64,000 bases of DNA from the human T2T-CHM13v2.0 reference genome, Homo sapiens, in the NCBI RefSeq assembly GCF_009914755.1, contig NC_060932.1. One strand, 5' to 3'. The notes under the pieces are model-generated. The model was not told the DNA's origin, ran no database searches, and saw only the letters and a list, made by a program, of their open reading frames with translations. Below, one piece after another: positions 16,620 through 29,922 of this stretch. The stretch's first letter is position 1. Every line of letters begins with the position of its first letter. The translations under genes were made by a program, and so were the position numbers.

Positions 16620-19020
16620 TGTGTTTACGGAACCATCACCACAATCAAGATACAAAAGGATTCTATCACTACACGATTCCCTCATGTCCCCCTTTCTAGT
16701 TCATTACATCCACCTCTCTTTCACCAACCATCCCTGAACCCAGGCAATCACTAATTTGGTTTCCATCTCTGTAATGTTGTCATTTTGAGAATGTGACATA
16801 AATGGAATCATACAGTTTGTGATCTTTTGAGACTGGCTTTTTTCACTAAGCATGATTCCTTTGAGATTCATCAAAGTTGTTATGTGCAATAGTTCATTCC
16901 TTTTTATTGCTAATCAGTATTCCAAGGAAGAGATGTATTAGAATCTGTCTAACTATTCACCTGTTGAAGGATATTTTGTTTGTTTCTAGCTTTGGCTATT
17001 ATAAATAACTTTGTTTTGTTTGTTTTTAAAGAGACAGGGTCTCACTCTGTCACCCAGGCTGGAGTGCAGTGGTGCAACCATAGTTCACTGTAACTTCAAA
17101 CTCCTAGGCTTAAGTGATCCTCCCACCTCAGTTTCTTAAGTAAGCAGGACTACAGGTGTATGCCACTATGCACTACTAATGTTTTTATTTTTGGTAGAGA
17201 TGAAATCTCACTATGTTGTCCAGGCCAATCTTAAACCCCTGGCCTCAAGTGATCCTCCTGCCCTGGCCTCCCAAAGCACTGAGAACATTATTTTAAAATA
17301 AATTTTATTGTGTATATTTGAGGTTTACTACATGATGTTCATTTCTATGGGATAAGTGCCCAAGAGCACAATGCTGGATCCTATAGTAGGAGCATGTTGA
17401 GTTTTTATAACTACACTGCCACACTGTTTTCCAGAGTGACTGTACCATTTTACATTTCCACCAGTAGTATATGAATGATTCAATTTCTCTGCATACTAAC
17501 CAGCATTTGGTGTTATATTATTTTTCATTTTAGACATTTTGATAGCTGTGTCATGATATTTCATCACAGTCTTACTTTACATTTCCCTAATGGCTGGTGA
17601 TGTTAAACTCTTCATGAGTTCACTTCCATCCATGTATTCTCTTTGCCAAAATGTCTGCTTTTATCTTTTGTCCATTTTCTCATTGGATTTTTTTAACTTT
17701 GAGGTTTGATCTTTTTATATATTCTAGATATGAGTCCTTTGTCAAATATGTGGCTTTCAAATATTTTTATCTCCTTAACTGATCAGAAGTTTTTAATTTT
17801 GATGAAGTCCAGTTTATTGATTTTTAAGGAATTGTGCTTTGGGTAGAAGTCTAAGATTGCCTTCCAGAAATATTGTTCAAATTTACATTCTGACTAGAAA
17901 TAATTATTTTTCTAATCCTCATTATTCATTGATTAAAATATACCAATTTAATGGACAAAATAATAACTTTTAAGATAAATGGTTTTTAATAATGTATTTA
18001 ATTTTTGTGTTTATTGTTTATGAATTCCCTGGTCATCTCCTTTGTTCATTTTTCTAAAGGTAACTTTCTTCTTCTAATGTATTTCTGATATATTAAGGTA
18101 CAATTTATCAATCATAAATATTACAAATATATTTTTGTACATTTACCTTTTATCTATTATATTTGGATGTACAGATGGCTTTAACTAGTATGAAGCCAAA
18201 TCTATCAGATTTTTACTATATGCCTTCTATGTTTACATGTATAATTGATTTAGGGTTTATTATGTGGCTAGTTGAGAAAGATTCTTTTTCCCTAAATGAT
18301 TCATTAATTATAACATCAAAGTATATTGAATAATCTATCCCTTTCAGGAGCTGAAATTTCAGGTTAATCAAATGCAAATATTTCTTGGCTATCTTTTACC
18401 ATTTTTCATACAAAGAAATTTTAGAGTTATTTTTCTAAGTTACAAAAATATAACTGAAATTTTTTCTTAGAATTTTATTAAATGGTTGACTTGGGGAGAG
18501 TTTATATCTTTACACTATTATCTTCCTGTTACAAGAATGTGATTATTTTCCAGTTATTTGTCTTTGTTTATATCCATAGTAAAGTTTTTTAATGTTTAAT
18601 ATACCCTTTGAGTTTACTTCATGTATTTTATATTTCACAAAGCTATTGATAATGACTCTTTTTTCTTTATACTTTTTAACTGGTTACTGTTGATGAGTAA
18701 AATATTTCTTTTATAACTGGCTGAAATGTCTATTTTCCCATTCCAGTCAATTTTCTGTTTTTCCTAGTTATTGCAGTTTGATACTCACATAATCTAGAAT
18801 AGTGATAATTTTGTCTTCCCAATTGTCACCTTTGTTAAGTTGCATGAAGTTAATATTTCAGAATAATGTTATATATTACAGTGGTTGCTTTGTCTTATTC
18901 TTAACTTTTATTAGAAAATCTCTTGTGGCTCAATATTAATAAAATATTGGTTGTTAATTTGAAACAGACTCTTCAATATGTTAAAGAAGAAAATGTATCC
19001 TAGTTTACTAAGAGATTACT
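16620..19020 (-). mobile_element. L1MB/MC 3' end and older L1M ORF2 fragments
   Basis: ataaatggaatcatacagt...; track ORF 16704-16889 is L1 3' end; T-rich antisense ORF2 relic continues to ~19020. Confidence 0.7.
17010..17282 (-). mobile_element. Alu (AluJ-type), partial
   Basis: gagacagggtctcactctgtcacccaggctggagtgcagtgg...ggcctcccaaagcact. Confidence 0.9.
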
Positions 19021-19712
19021 GGTAGGTTTCACACTTGCTTGGAACCTGTGCTCCCATTTCTCTTTCCTATTTCTCCCTTGTGGAATGGGAATATCTATCC
19101 TATGCCTGTCCTACCATTGTATTTTGAAAGCAGATAACTTGTTTGGTTTCATAGGTTCACAACTGGGAGGAATTTTGCCTCAGGATGAATCATTTATTTT
19201 TGCCTTATCATAACTGATTTAGATCACGTTTAGATGAGATTTTGGAGTTAGAATTTATTCTGTATTATGGTAAGACTTTTGAGGCTACTGGGATGGGGTG
19301 AATGAATTTTGCATATGAGAAGGTCATGAATTTTGAGAGTCAGATAATGGAGTATTATGGGCTGACTTGCATTCTCCCAAAATTCATATATTTAAGTCCT
19401 AACCCTAGCACCTCAGAATGAGACTATATTTGGACTTCAGTCCTTTCAAGAAGTAATAAAGGTAAAATGATGTCATTTGGGTGAGCCCTAATACAATATG
19501 ACTGATGTCTTTATAAGAAGAGGAAATTAGGTCACACACATGTACAGAGGAAAGGCTAAGCTGGATTGAGTCCTTCAAGGAGAAGGTGGCTTTTGATACT
19601 CTAAGGACAGAGGTCTCAGAAGAAATCACCCCTGCCAACACCTTCCAGCCTCCAGAACCATGAGGAAATAAATTTCCGTTTATGATACTTTGCTACAGCA
19701 GCTCAAACAGAC
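19020..19712 (+). mobile_element. MaLR internal 3' segment plus MLT1B-like LTR
   Basis: gaatgggaatatctatcctatgcctgtcctaccattgtattttgaaagcag (MLT-int), then LTR from ~19352 (attcatatatttaagtcctaaccc...ccagcctccagaaccatgag). Confidence 0.75.
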
Positions 19713-19717
19713 CGACA

Positions 19718-20050
19718 CCTTGGTCCCCAACCCCTGGGCCATGGACTAGTACCATTCTGTGGCCTGTTAGGAATCAGGCTGCACAGCAGGTGAGTGGCAT
19801 GCGAGAGAGCATTACTGCCAGAGCTCTGTCTCCTGTCAGATCAGCAGCAGCATTCGGTTCTCATAGGAGCACAAACCCTACTGTGAAGTGCACATGCAAG
19901 GAATCTAGGAATGCTCCTTATGAGAATCTAACTAATGCCTGATGATCACAGTTTCTTCTCAAAACCATCATCCCCCACGCCAGCCCCATCCACAGAAAAA
20001 TGATCTTCCCCAAAACCAGTCCCTGGTGCCAAAAAGATTGGGAACCACTA
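19718..20050 (+). mobile_element. MER1B-like hAT-Charlie MITE
   Basis: ggtccccaacccctgggcc...aaaccagtccctggtgccaaaaagattgggaaccact. Confidence 0.85.
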
Positions 20051-21489
20051 GACTAACACAATACCCTTGGTTCAATTGTTCAAGGCACAGGAGTATGTCT
20101 GGATGGTCATGTTATTCTGCACCAATTTCCTTTCACAGGTTATTTACAGGGTCCTTGCTCCTCATCTTTATAGATTAAAGATGTGGCTAAAATGTCAGAG
20201 GATGTGGGTGGAGGACTGGAGACAGAATAACAAACCTGAATTCCACATTCCCACATTATTTGTAAAATTAAACCTTCTCTCTTATTTTTTAGAAAAAGTA
20301 AAAGCAAGAAGCTGTGCAGCATTGCTTCTGTGACTGGCAATTGGGTTCAACTGGCAGTATTCATTTACCAAAGAAATAGTGATCTCATGTTGAAGATATA
20401 GCATCACCACCTAGAACTAAAAGAACCAAATCTTTCCCCCCAGCATGTCTTATTTTAAAGCCTGTGTTAGAAGCTACAACTGTCTGTCTAGTACCCAATC
20501 CTTTAGATATTGCTTTAAATGTTTTACATAAAAGAAGAATAAATGGAAGTCCTTCTTTTTCTGCTTATCTGCAGCATTTTGCGTTTTATTAAGTCTACTT
20601 TGAAGCAGACCAAGAATATTTTTTCTACCTTTCATTGATCCTCCTATTTCACCTTATAATTCTTTTCATTGATTAAGCCATGCCCCCTGAGGATCTGATT
20701 GGAAAGAAAGGAATCAGAGACTCAGAATGTTCACTTGAGCTGGAAAACAACTGCAGGATAAATTTCCCTGTAGGAGCCTAGAGGGACCTGTGCAGTAGGG
20801 CTATGCTGTCAGCCAGGAGTTAACTACAAGATAGAGAGCCCCTATTAGTTAATTTTTTTAATTAGTCTGCCTTTTGCATTCAGCAGTAAAGTCCTACTTA
20901 AATGAAAATGATTTTTCAGGAAGGAAAATCAAGAGCGAGTAGGGATTTCCAGAGAGGAGCCAGTGGCTTAGAGAGCAGGATCTGAAGTCAGTCCAACTCC
21001 CGCCCTGCCACTACCACCATTCGAGTTATTACATGCAACAGGGGAAGCTTATTCCTCTGTTGCCACAGGCAAAATTTTGAAGGAAGCATTTTTCTTCTGC
21101 TCTATTAAATACACTCTTATCCATTAAGCAGCCTCCTGTGCTAGCATCTGGCTCTCTTCCTGCAGCTAGGGGTTCTCCCCACTTGTGTTAGGTCCTACCC
21201 AAGCCTCACTAGCCCTGCCTCATCGAGATTCAGGCCTCTGTTGGGAGAAAGGAGCTAATCTTTCAGAGCCAAAGTGGTCATGCTGGCAGAGGGCTTCTAG
21301 TTTTCCAAGTGCCTCATTGACCTCCTGCTATGACTTTGAAAATTTCTACATTCTGGGGAGGTACATTCCTTGTGCCAGACACTGTGGGAAGCCTGGTACC
21401 TGCATTGTCTTATTCAACTCTGACAGCAAATAAGGGGGAATTACTGTAGTAGCTCCTCAACATCATCTAATACCTAGAACACAATTTTT

Positions 21490-21918
21490 TTCAATTTTTC
21501 TTTTAGGTTCAGGGGACACATGAGCAGGTATTTTACATTGGTAAATTTCATGATGCTGAGGTTTGCTTTACAAATGATCCCATCACTCAGGTAGTGAGCG
21601 TAGTACACAATTGGTAGTTTTTCAATCCATGCCCCTTCCCACTCTCTCCCCTCAGGTAGGCCTCAGTGTCTATTGTTCCCCTCTTTATGTCCATGTGTAC
21701 TCAATGTTTAACTTCCACTTATAAGTGAGAGTACATGGTATTTGGTTTTCTGTTCCTACATTAATTCTCTTAGGATAATGGCCTCCAGCTGCATCCATGT
21801 TGCGGCAAAGGGCGTGATTTTGTTACTTTTTCATGGCTATGTAGTATTCTATGATGTATATGTACCACATTTTCTTTATCCAGTCCGTGATAGATGGACA
21901 TCTAGGCTGATTCCATCA
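21490..21918 (-). mobile_element. LINE-1 3' end (L1PB/L1MA-type)
   Basis: ccacttataagtgagagtacatggtatttggttttctgttcc...ggcctccagctgcatccatgttgc. Confidence 0.9.
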
Positions 21919-22426
21919 GCCTACTATTTGCTATAGTAGTTCCAATGTTTTAGTGGCTGTATAAATCACCTGTATAAATGGCTAATTCAAATTAAATCAT
22001 ACAGACATACCATGATTTATTTAATGAATTCAAAATGGCTAGATATTTAATTTGTTTCTAATTTAGGGCCATCATAAGCAAAATTGTTCTTTTGTCTTTG
22101 TAACTAAATCTTAGCACATTTCCTTAGTATTTTCTCATGGTAAATGTCTAGAAGTAAAACTGCTATTGCACAGGTGATGCCAATTTTAAGATTTGTGATA
22201 CATAACTGGGAGACTCTTTTCCATAAAGACTCAATCAATTTCCCAGCCATCAAAACTACTTAATAGCTCTTTCTCCATGTCTTCACCAAAACAGAGTATT
22301 TCCCTTTCTGGCTACCTTTTTGGCTATTATCATAGGTGAACGTGGAATTGCATTGAGCTTGCTTTTCTTTGCTAACTTTAGTGTGTTTACTGGCCATCTG
22401 CATTTCTTCTTGGGCAAATTGCCCAC

Positions 22427-22762
22427 TGTCTTAGTCCATTTATGCTACTATAACAAAATACGGGAGACTGGGTAATGTTTAAATAACAGAAATGTATTTC
22501 TCACAGTTCTGGAGGTCGGAAAGTCCAAGATCAAGTTGCTGGCACCTGGTAAGAGCCTTCTTGCAGCGTTCTCACATGGCACCCTGCAGAAGGGCAAGAG
22601 AGCAAGCTAGCGGAACACTGTGTGAAGCCTCTTTTATAAAGGCCTTCATCCTATTAATGTGGAAAGATTTCAGGACATAATCACCTTGGAGAGGCCCCAC
22701 TTCTTAATATTAGCACATTGGCAACATCTGAATTTTGGAGAGGACACATTCAAACCATAGCA
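22427..22762 (-). mobile_element. MaLR LTR (MST/MLT1A-like)
   Basis: tgtcttagtccattt...tctcacagttctggagg...cacattcaaaccatagca. Confidence 0.85.
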
Positions 22763-23159
22763 CCTGCTTATATATTTTCTTTTGAAAGAGGTACTCATCT
22801 TTTTCATGAATTTTAAAAGCTCTTTTATATTAAAATGTTAATCCTTTGTTGATTATGGTATATGTATAGTACACTGCAAATACTTTCTCCATTTATTTGT
22901 TTCTAAAATTTTGCTTTTCTTTTTGTTTCAAGATATTCATAACTACCAATCTTTTCCTTTATGCTTGCTCTGGGATCATTTTTATAAAGACCTTCCCAGC
23001 TCAACACCTAAGAAGATTATATAGTCATATATCATATATATTTTATCTTAATATTTTGTTTAACATGATCATATTTAATTTATATGGAACTTACTAATAT
23101 AAAGTATAACTAACCTATGCCTTTATTATTTTTCATATATTTATTCAGTTTATCCAAGA

Positions 23160-23420
23160 TCATATACAGAGAGACTGAGAGATAGATGTAGATTTTTATA
23201 TATGTATATATATCAAATAATATTATCCAATTTTTCCAAGATCATATATAGAAAGACTATATATATATATATCTGATATATGTATGTGTATATATACATC
23301 TGATATACGTATGTATATACATATATATATATATATATCTCCTTTGATATATACCTCTATATATCTGTCTCCATATGTGTGATCTTGGAAGAACTGCATA
23401 GATTTCTGTCTATCATCTAT
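23160..23420. repeat. (TA)n-rich degenerate simple repeat
   Basis: Read directly. Confidence 0.85.
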
Positions 23421-23489
23421 CTCCTTTCTCATGTTTATTATTAAACACATGTTTTTTTCTTCTATAGTATTTATCTAATCAACTGTAAT

Positions 23490-23760
23490 TATAGAGCTCC
23501 TATTATATTCTATACACAGTAATTAATAGGTGCAGAGGATATCTTTGTGAACAAGACAGAAAAAGTCTCTTTCATTTTGGAGATGACAGTGCAAAAATAG
23601 GAGGCTTGATGAAAAAGTCGCAAATAGCTATACAATGGAATTTTAACTCTGAAGAAAATAAAGCAAGGGAAAGGAATAAGTGAGTGATGAAGATAGGCAG
23701 AAAAAATTCAGAAAATTCAAAAAGGTTTGTCTGAGGATGTGACATTTGACCAGAGACTAT
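23490..23760 (-). mobile_element. L2 fragment
   Basis: gtgaacaagacaga...gaagaaaataaagcaagg...tctgaggatgtgacatttga. Confidence 0.6.
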
Positions 23761-24469
23761 GATTAGCCTCGCTATTTGTGTTTTATTAGTCTCTTCAAAG
23801 AATGAGCCGTTGGATTTATTTATCAGGTCTACTGGCTTTCTATTTTCTGTTTCATTAATTTCTATTTGTATATTTATTTAGTTCTTCTTTTATATCTTCT
23901 TGAGAGGCAGTGAGGCATTCTGGACAGCACCTGAGAATAAGAAAATGCTCACGTTTCTATCTCTTGGTCTGACTGGAAGGGATTATTACTTCCTTGCCTT
24001 GGAGAGGTCTGCCCTCCAACTTTAATGAAAAGATTCACAGGTCATTTTTAAATGGCTACTCTTTATTCTAGAATTTCCTTTTCCTTGGAAAGAAGAGAAA
24101 AGATTTCTTTTCCATGATACTTTTAGGAGCACCCAGCAGTCAGATGATTGCAAGGAAAAAAGGAACATGCTTTGACCCTGAGGGTGGTACTTTTATTCAG
24201 TTGGCACTCGCTGAACCAAAGCTTCTGCAGCATGAATGCAGCCTGAAGCAGGAATCTATCCACAAGAAAGTGCTTTGTCATGCTAATTTTAAATTCAGGA
24301 TTCATACTACCAAAACGGAACAGAGAAGAATAACTTGCTATGAAATAGCATTAGTTCTATTTGAAGCTGGAAAATTCATTGAAGTTCTAGTTCCAGACCA
24401 GGCTAGTCCATTTACCCAATTTGCCTTTCATGCTCACAGAAAACTCATTTTGTCCATTTCACTATTCAG

Positions 24470-24539
24470 GATGATTTTTAAATTGCATCGCACCTGTTCA
24501 AAAGCTGAGAGGAAGCACGGAGACCACATACTGGAGATG
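24470..24539 (+). other. Candidate exon (70 nt), unidentified transcript
   Basis: Pyrimidine-rich tract then ttcag| acceptor; ATG|GTAAGT donor; lies in non-repeat sequence inside the 156-aa ORF. Confidence 0.3.
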
Positions 24540-25669
24540 GTAAGTATCACACTTCACAGTGAAATAATAATGAAGAGCCCCTAAAAAATCACCCATCAGA
24601 CAGCCACAATAATCCCAGATACGAACGAGTCTAAAGACCAGGAGTGCACAATTACAGTGCTTGGGTTATTTTCATCAATAGCAGACAGGCTGCTTCTTTG
24701 CACATGGATAAATAGCTTATTCATTTGTGTTGGAGTATATATATATATTTGTTACCTTGAAATGTAGATGAAAAGCTCAAGTCCACAACTCCACGGCAAG
24801 TGAAATAAACTCAGGCAGAGTATTATCAAACATTTGGACACATAGAAGCAATTTTAAGAAGGATGGAATTAATTGGTTCTCATTTTCCTCAATCCTCTAT
24901 GCTAAGACTTCTAAAAGTATATTCTTTAAATACAAATCTAGAGAAAAAGAGAGAGACAGATTCTGGAAACAGTTTATTGTCATCTCCTTCTTAGAGATCC
25001 ACCATGTATATCTTCATAATAAAGACATTAAAAAATCCAACAGTAAAGAAATCCATCTATTTTTATTCCAAGCATTTCACACAATATCTTAAGAAATCAG
25101 CATTTGATAAAATACATATTAGAAAATATTGTCCTCTGCCAACCTTTATTTGCTGAATAGAAAATTTCAATAATGTATGGCACATTCTTTGACAGTTACT
25201 CTGCTAATTTGGGGTCAAGCTCACCATTAATCTTTTAAACTATCATAGAAAATAATTCTGTTTCGATCACTTTTTCTATTTTATACTTACTGTGCAAAGG
25301 TATTACTGTCATAATTCTTAAACTTCTTCCACGCACCTGATACCCCTTCACCTACTTAATGGGTTTTCTAACTCTGACTTTCTTGTTTTGAGACAAGAAT
25401 ATTTTGGAATTTACAAAAATAAATTTGGGGCACAGTACTTCAGTCAATTCGTAATATGAAATCTGGTTTCAGGAGATGATAAAAATACCTTCAGACCTCA
25501 TGTTATGTGGTAGGTTCATAGGATTTGGGACCAGTAGTCATCTTTGCATTCCTACTGTTACTACAGTGTTTGTACATTTTAGATAATTATAAAGGATTGT
25601 GAACCAATGAGAGATTTAATAGTAAATTATGCTTTTAGGAAGAAACTGTAGAATAATTGATATTGCCAT

Positions 25670-25870
25670 TGGAATTGGAGACAGGAGATCTAGTTTCTGG
25701 AGCTGCCCACTGCTACTAATGAGTTCTAAGCTATCTAAAAATCCATAAACCTAAGCTCTCTGCTTCAGATTCCCCATCTGTTAAATTGGAATCATACAAT
25801 CCAATCACCATATTTTTCAGAGTAAAATAAGGTAACTAGTGTATAACCGTGTTGAAGAAGTTAAGAATAC
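25670..25870 (+). mobile_element. MIR fragment
   Basis: ctctctgcttcagattccccatctgttaaattggaat. Confidence 0.6.
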
Positions 25871-26629
25871 TCTATGTTTGGAAAATAATTTCATTGGCAT
25901 TATATATGCACCCCCTGTCTTACTTTAGCTTTCATGTGAACTGGAAGCTATCATTGCATCAAAGCTTGGGCCAGGGAGAGGATGATCTGGCACCATACTG
26001 AAACTGCAGATACAGCCAGCTCTAGGCAAAGTTGTGAAGGAAGAAATCTTGGTCACCTCCGTGCATTGATTCTCCTCTTATATTGCATTCCTCCTTCCAA
26101 GCCAGTCAGTGAGTGCGTTCCTGAAAAATTTATTTAAAGGAAATTTCTAGAAACCTGGTAGATTTTGCTTACTTTATGAAGAAAGCAATAGTTAATTTGA
26201 AAAATCCTAATCATTACATGTGGAATTTCAGCAATTAACAAGGCATTGAAGAGGGCTGGGGAAATTTTACTAGCCCTTTTTCCCAGTATCTCTTCTATTA
26301 TACCCAAATATTTTGAGATATGAATTAACACCCCCATTTTACAGATAGGAAGATAGACTCATTGAAGTTGACTTGTCCTGGCTTCAAAGACCGTAAGTCA
26401 GAAGAACCAGGATTTGTCACCTGCCTGACTCAAAACTTACTCTTTTTCTTTACATCCTATGACATCAGTGGGTGAGAGCAAATAACCCCAGAGCTTCAGA
26501 TATAAAGAGAAGCAAATGAATTATTAGATTCTTCATTCTTTATTTGGATGTTATTTGTCAAGAAGGCAGGCCGTGGAAAGTATTGTCCAACACCAATGAA
26601 ATATAAGTTCTAATAAAGACTATTAGAAG

Positions 26630-27535
26630 ATACAGTGATCTAGCATAGTGGTTACAAGCCAGAGATGTGGAAGAGATTGCCTGTGCTGTTATCTGGTCTC
26701 TGTTAATTATTAAATGTATATATTGAGCAAGTTAGTTCAACTTTCTATATACCTTAATCTCCTCATCTATAAAATGGAGATAAATACAGTACCAACATTT
26801 TTGGCTTTGAATCAGGATTATAAGTTTAAAAATTTAACTGACTGTCAGTTCTGCTATAACACTTGTTTTGAAAATGGGAATTTGGCCCCATATAATTCAT
26901 ATATTAGGGAAGAATTCGAGCATTCACTTGAATTTTGCATTGTTGTGTGCATAATTTTATTCATGAGAAATGCTAGATGAGCACAGAAACCTGCATTTGG
27001 CTGAGTGGGGCTAATGTAGAAATATACCAAATGTTTGCATGCACACACCTGTACACACATACAGCACCCACGCACACACACACCTCAAGCAGCTACCCTC
27101 TCCCTTAGTTCACTGCATATATCATGAGCCACATCTAGTGTTTCTATTTTTCTTTCCATTTCAGATACTCCTCCTTCTGTCACTTCAAAATAACACAGGC
27201 CAGTAGCCCTTCCGAAGCCCAATTCCACAAGAAAACTTCAGACCTTGTTAAAATTCCAAGTTTATTCCAGTAATTTATCTGTTTCTTAATCATCCAATAT
27301 ATGTAAAAGCTTGCCACATTTTTATTGGTTTTCTAACTTTTTTAATGTGTCACTGATGGCAGTTTTTGAGTGTTGTATCTCAACTCCATTTTTTCCATAG
27401 TTTTTTAATCACATGATTTTGCATAACATGGTGATTTTTTTGCAATGCAAATATCTCATTATAAAAGAACTGACTATATTTAGAACAATGCCTGGTATAC
27501 AATAAAACATTCAACAAATTGTTATTATTATGCTA
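26630..27535 (+). mobile_element. MIR split by a Tigger element
   Basis: tagcatagtggtta...ctcatctataaaatggagata; resumes at ~27478 with tagaacaatgcctgg. Confidence 0.7.
26842..27476 (+). mobile_element. Tigger15a-like DNA transposon
   Basis: Terminal inverted repeats ctgtcagttctgctataac ... ttataaaagaactgacta. Confidence 0.7.
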
Positions 27536-27629
27536 AACAGATAGAATTCTTTTGACCAAATGTTAAATCTGTTTCATTATGAAAGAAGAAAGAATGCTGA
27601 TATATTTTAAATCATGGATAGAATTCAAT

Positions 27630-29095
27630 CACTTAATATTCACTCAACAGATAATTATTGGTTGCCTCCTAGGTGCCTGGTGCTGGGCTGGCTGAATACA
27701 AAACCAGGGGAAAAAGATGCGGTCACTGTCCTCACAGAACTGAAGGTCTAGCCAAGGAGACAAACAACTGAAAAAGCAAACTAAGTGTCCAGGCAAAGTA
27801 TACAGGGGTGCTTTGCTAGTGAGTACATTGCAGCAATAATTAATCTAGCATAAGAAGGCTCAGAAAGAAAATGACTTTAAAGCCAAGTTCAAAAAGATGT
27901 GTAGGACTTTCCCAGAGATAGAGCTGCTGGGAGTGGAGAGTATGAGGTGTTCTAAGTACAGTTAAAGCAAAGGCCTGGAGGAAGGAAATGTCCCACTGAA
28001 TGAAGTTCCTTGTCTTGTGTAGTGAGAGGCAAGGAGGGGTTAAGGAAGGAGGCTGAAGAGGAAGACAGACACAAGTAAAGAAGTGCCTGCTAAAACCTAC
28101 CAAGAACCCTGAGTTTTATTCCAACAGTGATGGGAGATGATTGAAAGACTTTGAGAAGGGGATTCAGATTTTCACTTTAGAAGATCCCTCTGGCTATAAG
28201 TGAACAATGGACTGAGGAAGGACAAGATGGGGTGGATCAACTCATTCCAGGAAGTTATTGCACAAATATGGACAAAATGCACAATTGCATAGGCTGGCTG
28301 CTTTGGCACTGACAAGGGTGAACTCCACTCACTGGGACCTCCTGCACTGGGATAAGGAGCATGCAGGAGCTGGAATGAGTGCTTTTGGGCACTGGCAGGA
28401 GTGAACTTTGTACTGGCCCTGTGGCAGCATCTGGGGCTAGGGGGTGCCTGTGATCTCCAAAGACCCAGAGGAAGTGTCACAGTACTCTTTTAGCTCTGCC
28501 ATTTGCAGGAATAAATTGAAGATGGTAAATGTGGGGGATTTTATTGCCCATGAAAGTGGCTGTCAGCTGGAAGGGGAACTGAAAAGGGGATAGAGTAGGA
28601 AGGTCCTCTTGTCCAGCCATCTCTGGCCAGATTCTTCTCTGAAGTTACACCATCAAGCTGTCCCTCTGAAGTCAAGCTGCTTCTCTCTGACCAACTGTAG
28701 TCTCCAACGTCCAGTTTCTTCTCCCCTTTCTGCCAGCTGAGCCTGAGGTTTTTATGGACACAGGATGTGGGGCAAGGTGGGCATGGGTGGTTTTGGAAAA
28801 GGCAATATTTAAGCAGGAAAACAGGGATGTAAGTCCTCACTTTGGGCCACAGTTTCAGGCTTGAGGGTGGGGCTCTTGCCGGGGACCCACCCTCCTCTGC
28901 CCATAATTTCCCTGCCTCCTGTCCCTGTCACTTGGAGGTGGAATGAACTAAATTCAGTGGAGTGTGGTGAGGGGAGGGGAATGAGTGAGAAGCAAGGATC
29001 TAGGATGACTCTCAGTTTCTGGGTGAACCATTTTCTGAGAAAATATGCTTGAAGAGAAAAACAGATTTGAAGGGAAGATGATGGGTTTTCAGCAG
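27630..29095 (-). mobile_element. L2 element split by an ERV1 LTR
   Basis: attcactcaacagataattattg...aggtgcctgg; ttttcactttagaagatccctctggct; resumes after 28930. Confidence 0.7.
28285..28930 (-). mobile_element. ERV1 LTR, MER52-like
   Basis: Minus-strand start tgacagggacaggaggcagggaaatt...ccccaccctcaagcc. Confidence 0.7.
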
Positions 29096-29104
29096 ACTGG
29101 GCTG

Positions 29105-29638
29105 TTCAGACAGGAATAATACAGGGTGGTCACAGCAGTTTCACATGACTAGATGCTACGGGCTGATAAGACCCTGAAAAACAGGATGTGGGCCAAGCTG
29201 GCTAAGACTGACTGGAACCAACATGGGCTGGATTTGACCTAGGTTCCACCGAGAACCTCATTATATGCTCATTTACATAATTACCCAACCACCAGTGCCA
29301 TGACAGTTCCAGGAACACCCATATTTGGTGTAAAAATGGGCGACTCCACAATTCCAAGAAATCTCCACTTTTTCCAGGAATTTTCATGAATATCCCATCC
29401 CTTGGTTAAATAAATTCATAAAGAAAGATACCCTAAACCCCACTGGGTGACTCTGTCTTGAGTACATCTACACTCTCCTTGCTTGAGTGTGTACTTTTCC
29501 CATTACAATAAATCTCTGTACTTTCACTATTTTCAGATTTATCCTTGAATTCTTTCTTACAGTGGTGTTAAGGGCCTGGAAACTGGTTGGAGTCGAGGTC
29601 TCACCAGCATTTGGACCTCCCCCAGCCCACCAGTATCA
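29105..29638 (+). mobile_element. ERV1 LTR, MER66-like
   Basis: agacaggaataatacagggtggtcac...caataaatctctgtactttcactatttt. Confidence 0.7.
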
Positions 29639-29886
29639 CTTTCACCATAGAATTATCATGGGACGAAAAACCATGCAGGATGGAAGGGTTTAGTCCCAGT
29701 AGATACCCAGGACTTGAATGGCCCAATGAATTTCAGATGGAATGAAAACCCAGTGGATTTTTAAACTCAATTATATTTGGTAAAACATGACTGTATAGGT
29801 TCTAAGAGAAAAGTGTTTGGTGGACTCTACAGTGAGATTCTAGAATTCAGGTCTCGTATAAATAAGAGAGCTTGGTTTTATTTTAG

Positions 29887-29922
29887 CCTGTCCAAAATCA
29901 TGCTGTGAAAAGTTTTGATGAG
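29887..29922 (+). other. Candidate 36-nt micro-exon
   Basis: ttggttttattttag| acceptor and GAG|GTAAGT donor; open frame PVQNHAVKSFDE. Confidence 0.3.
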
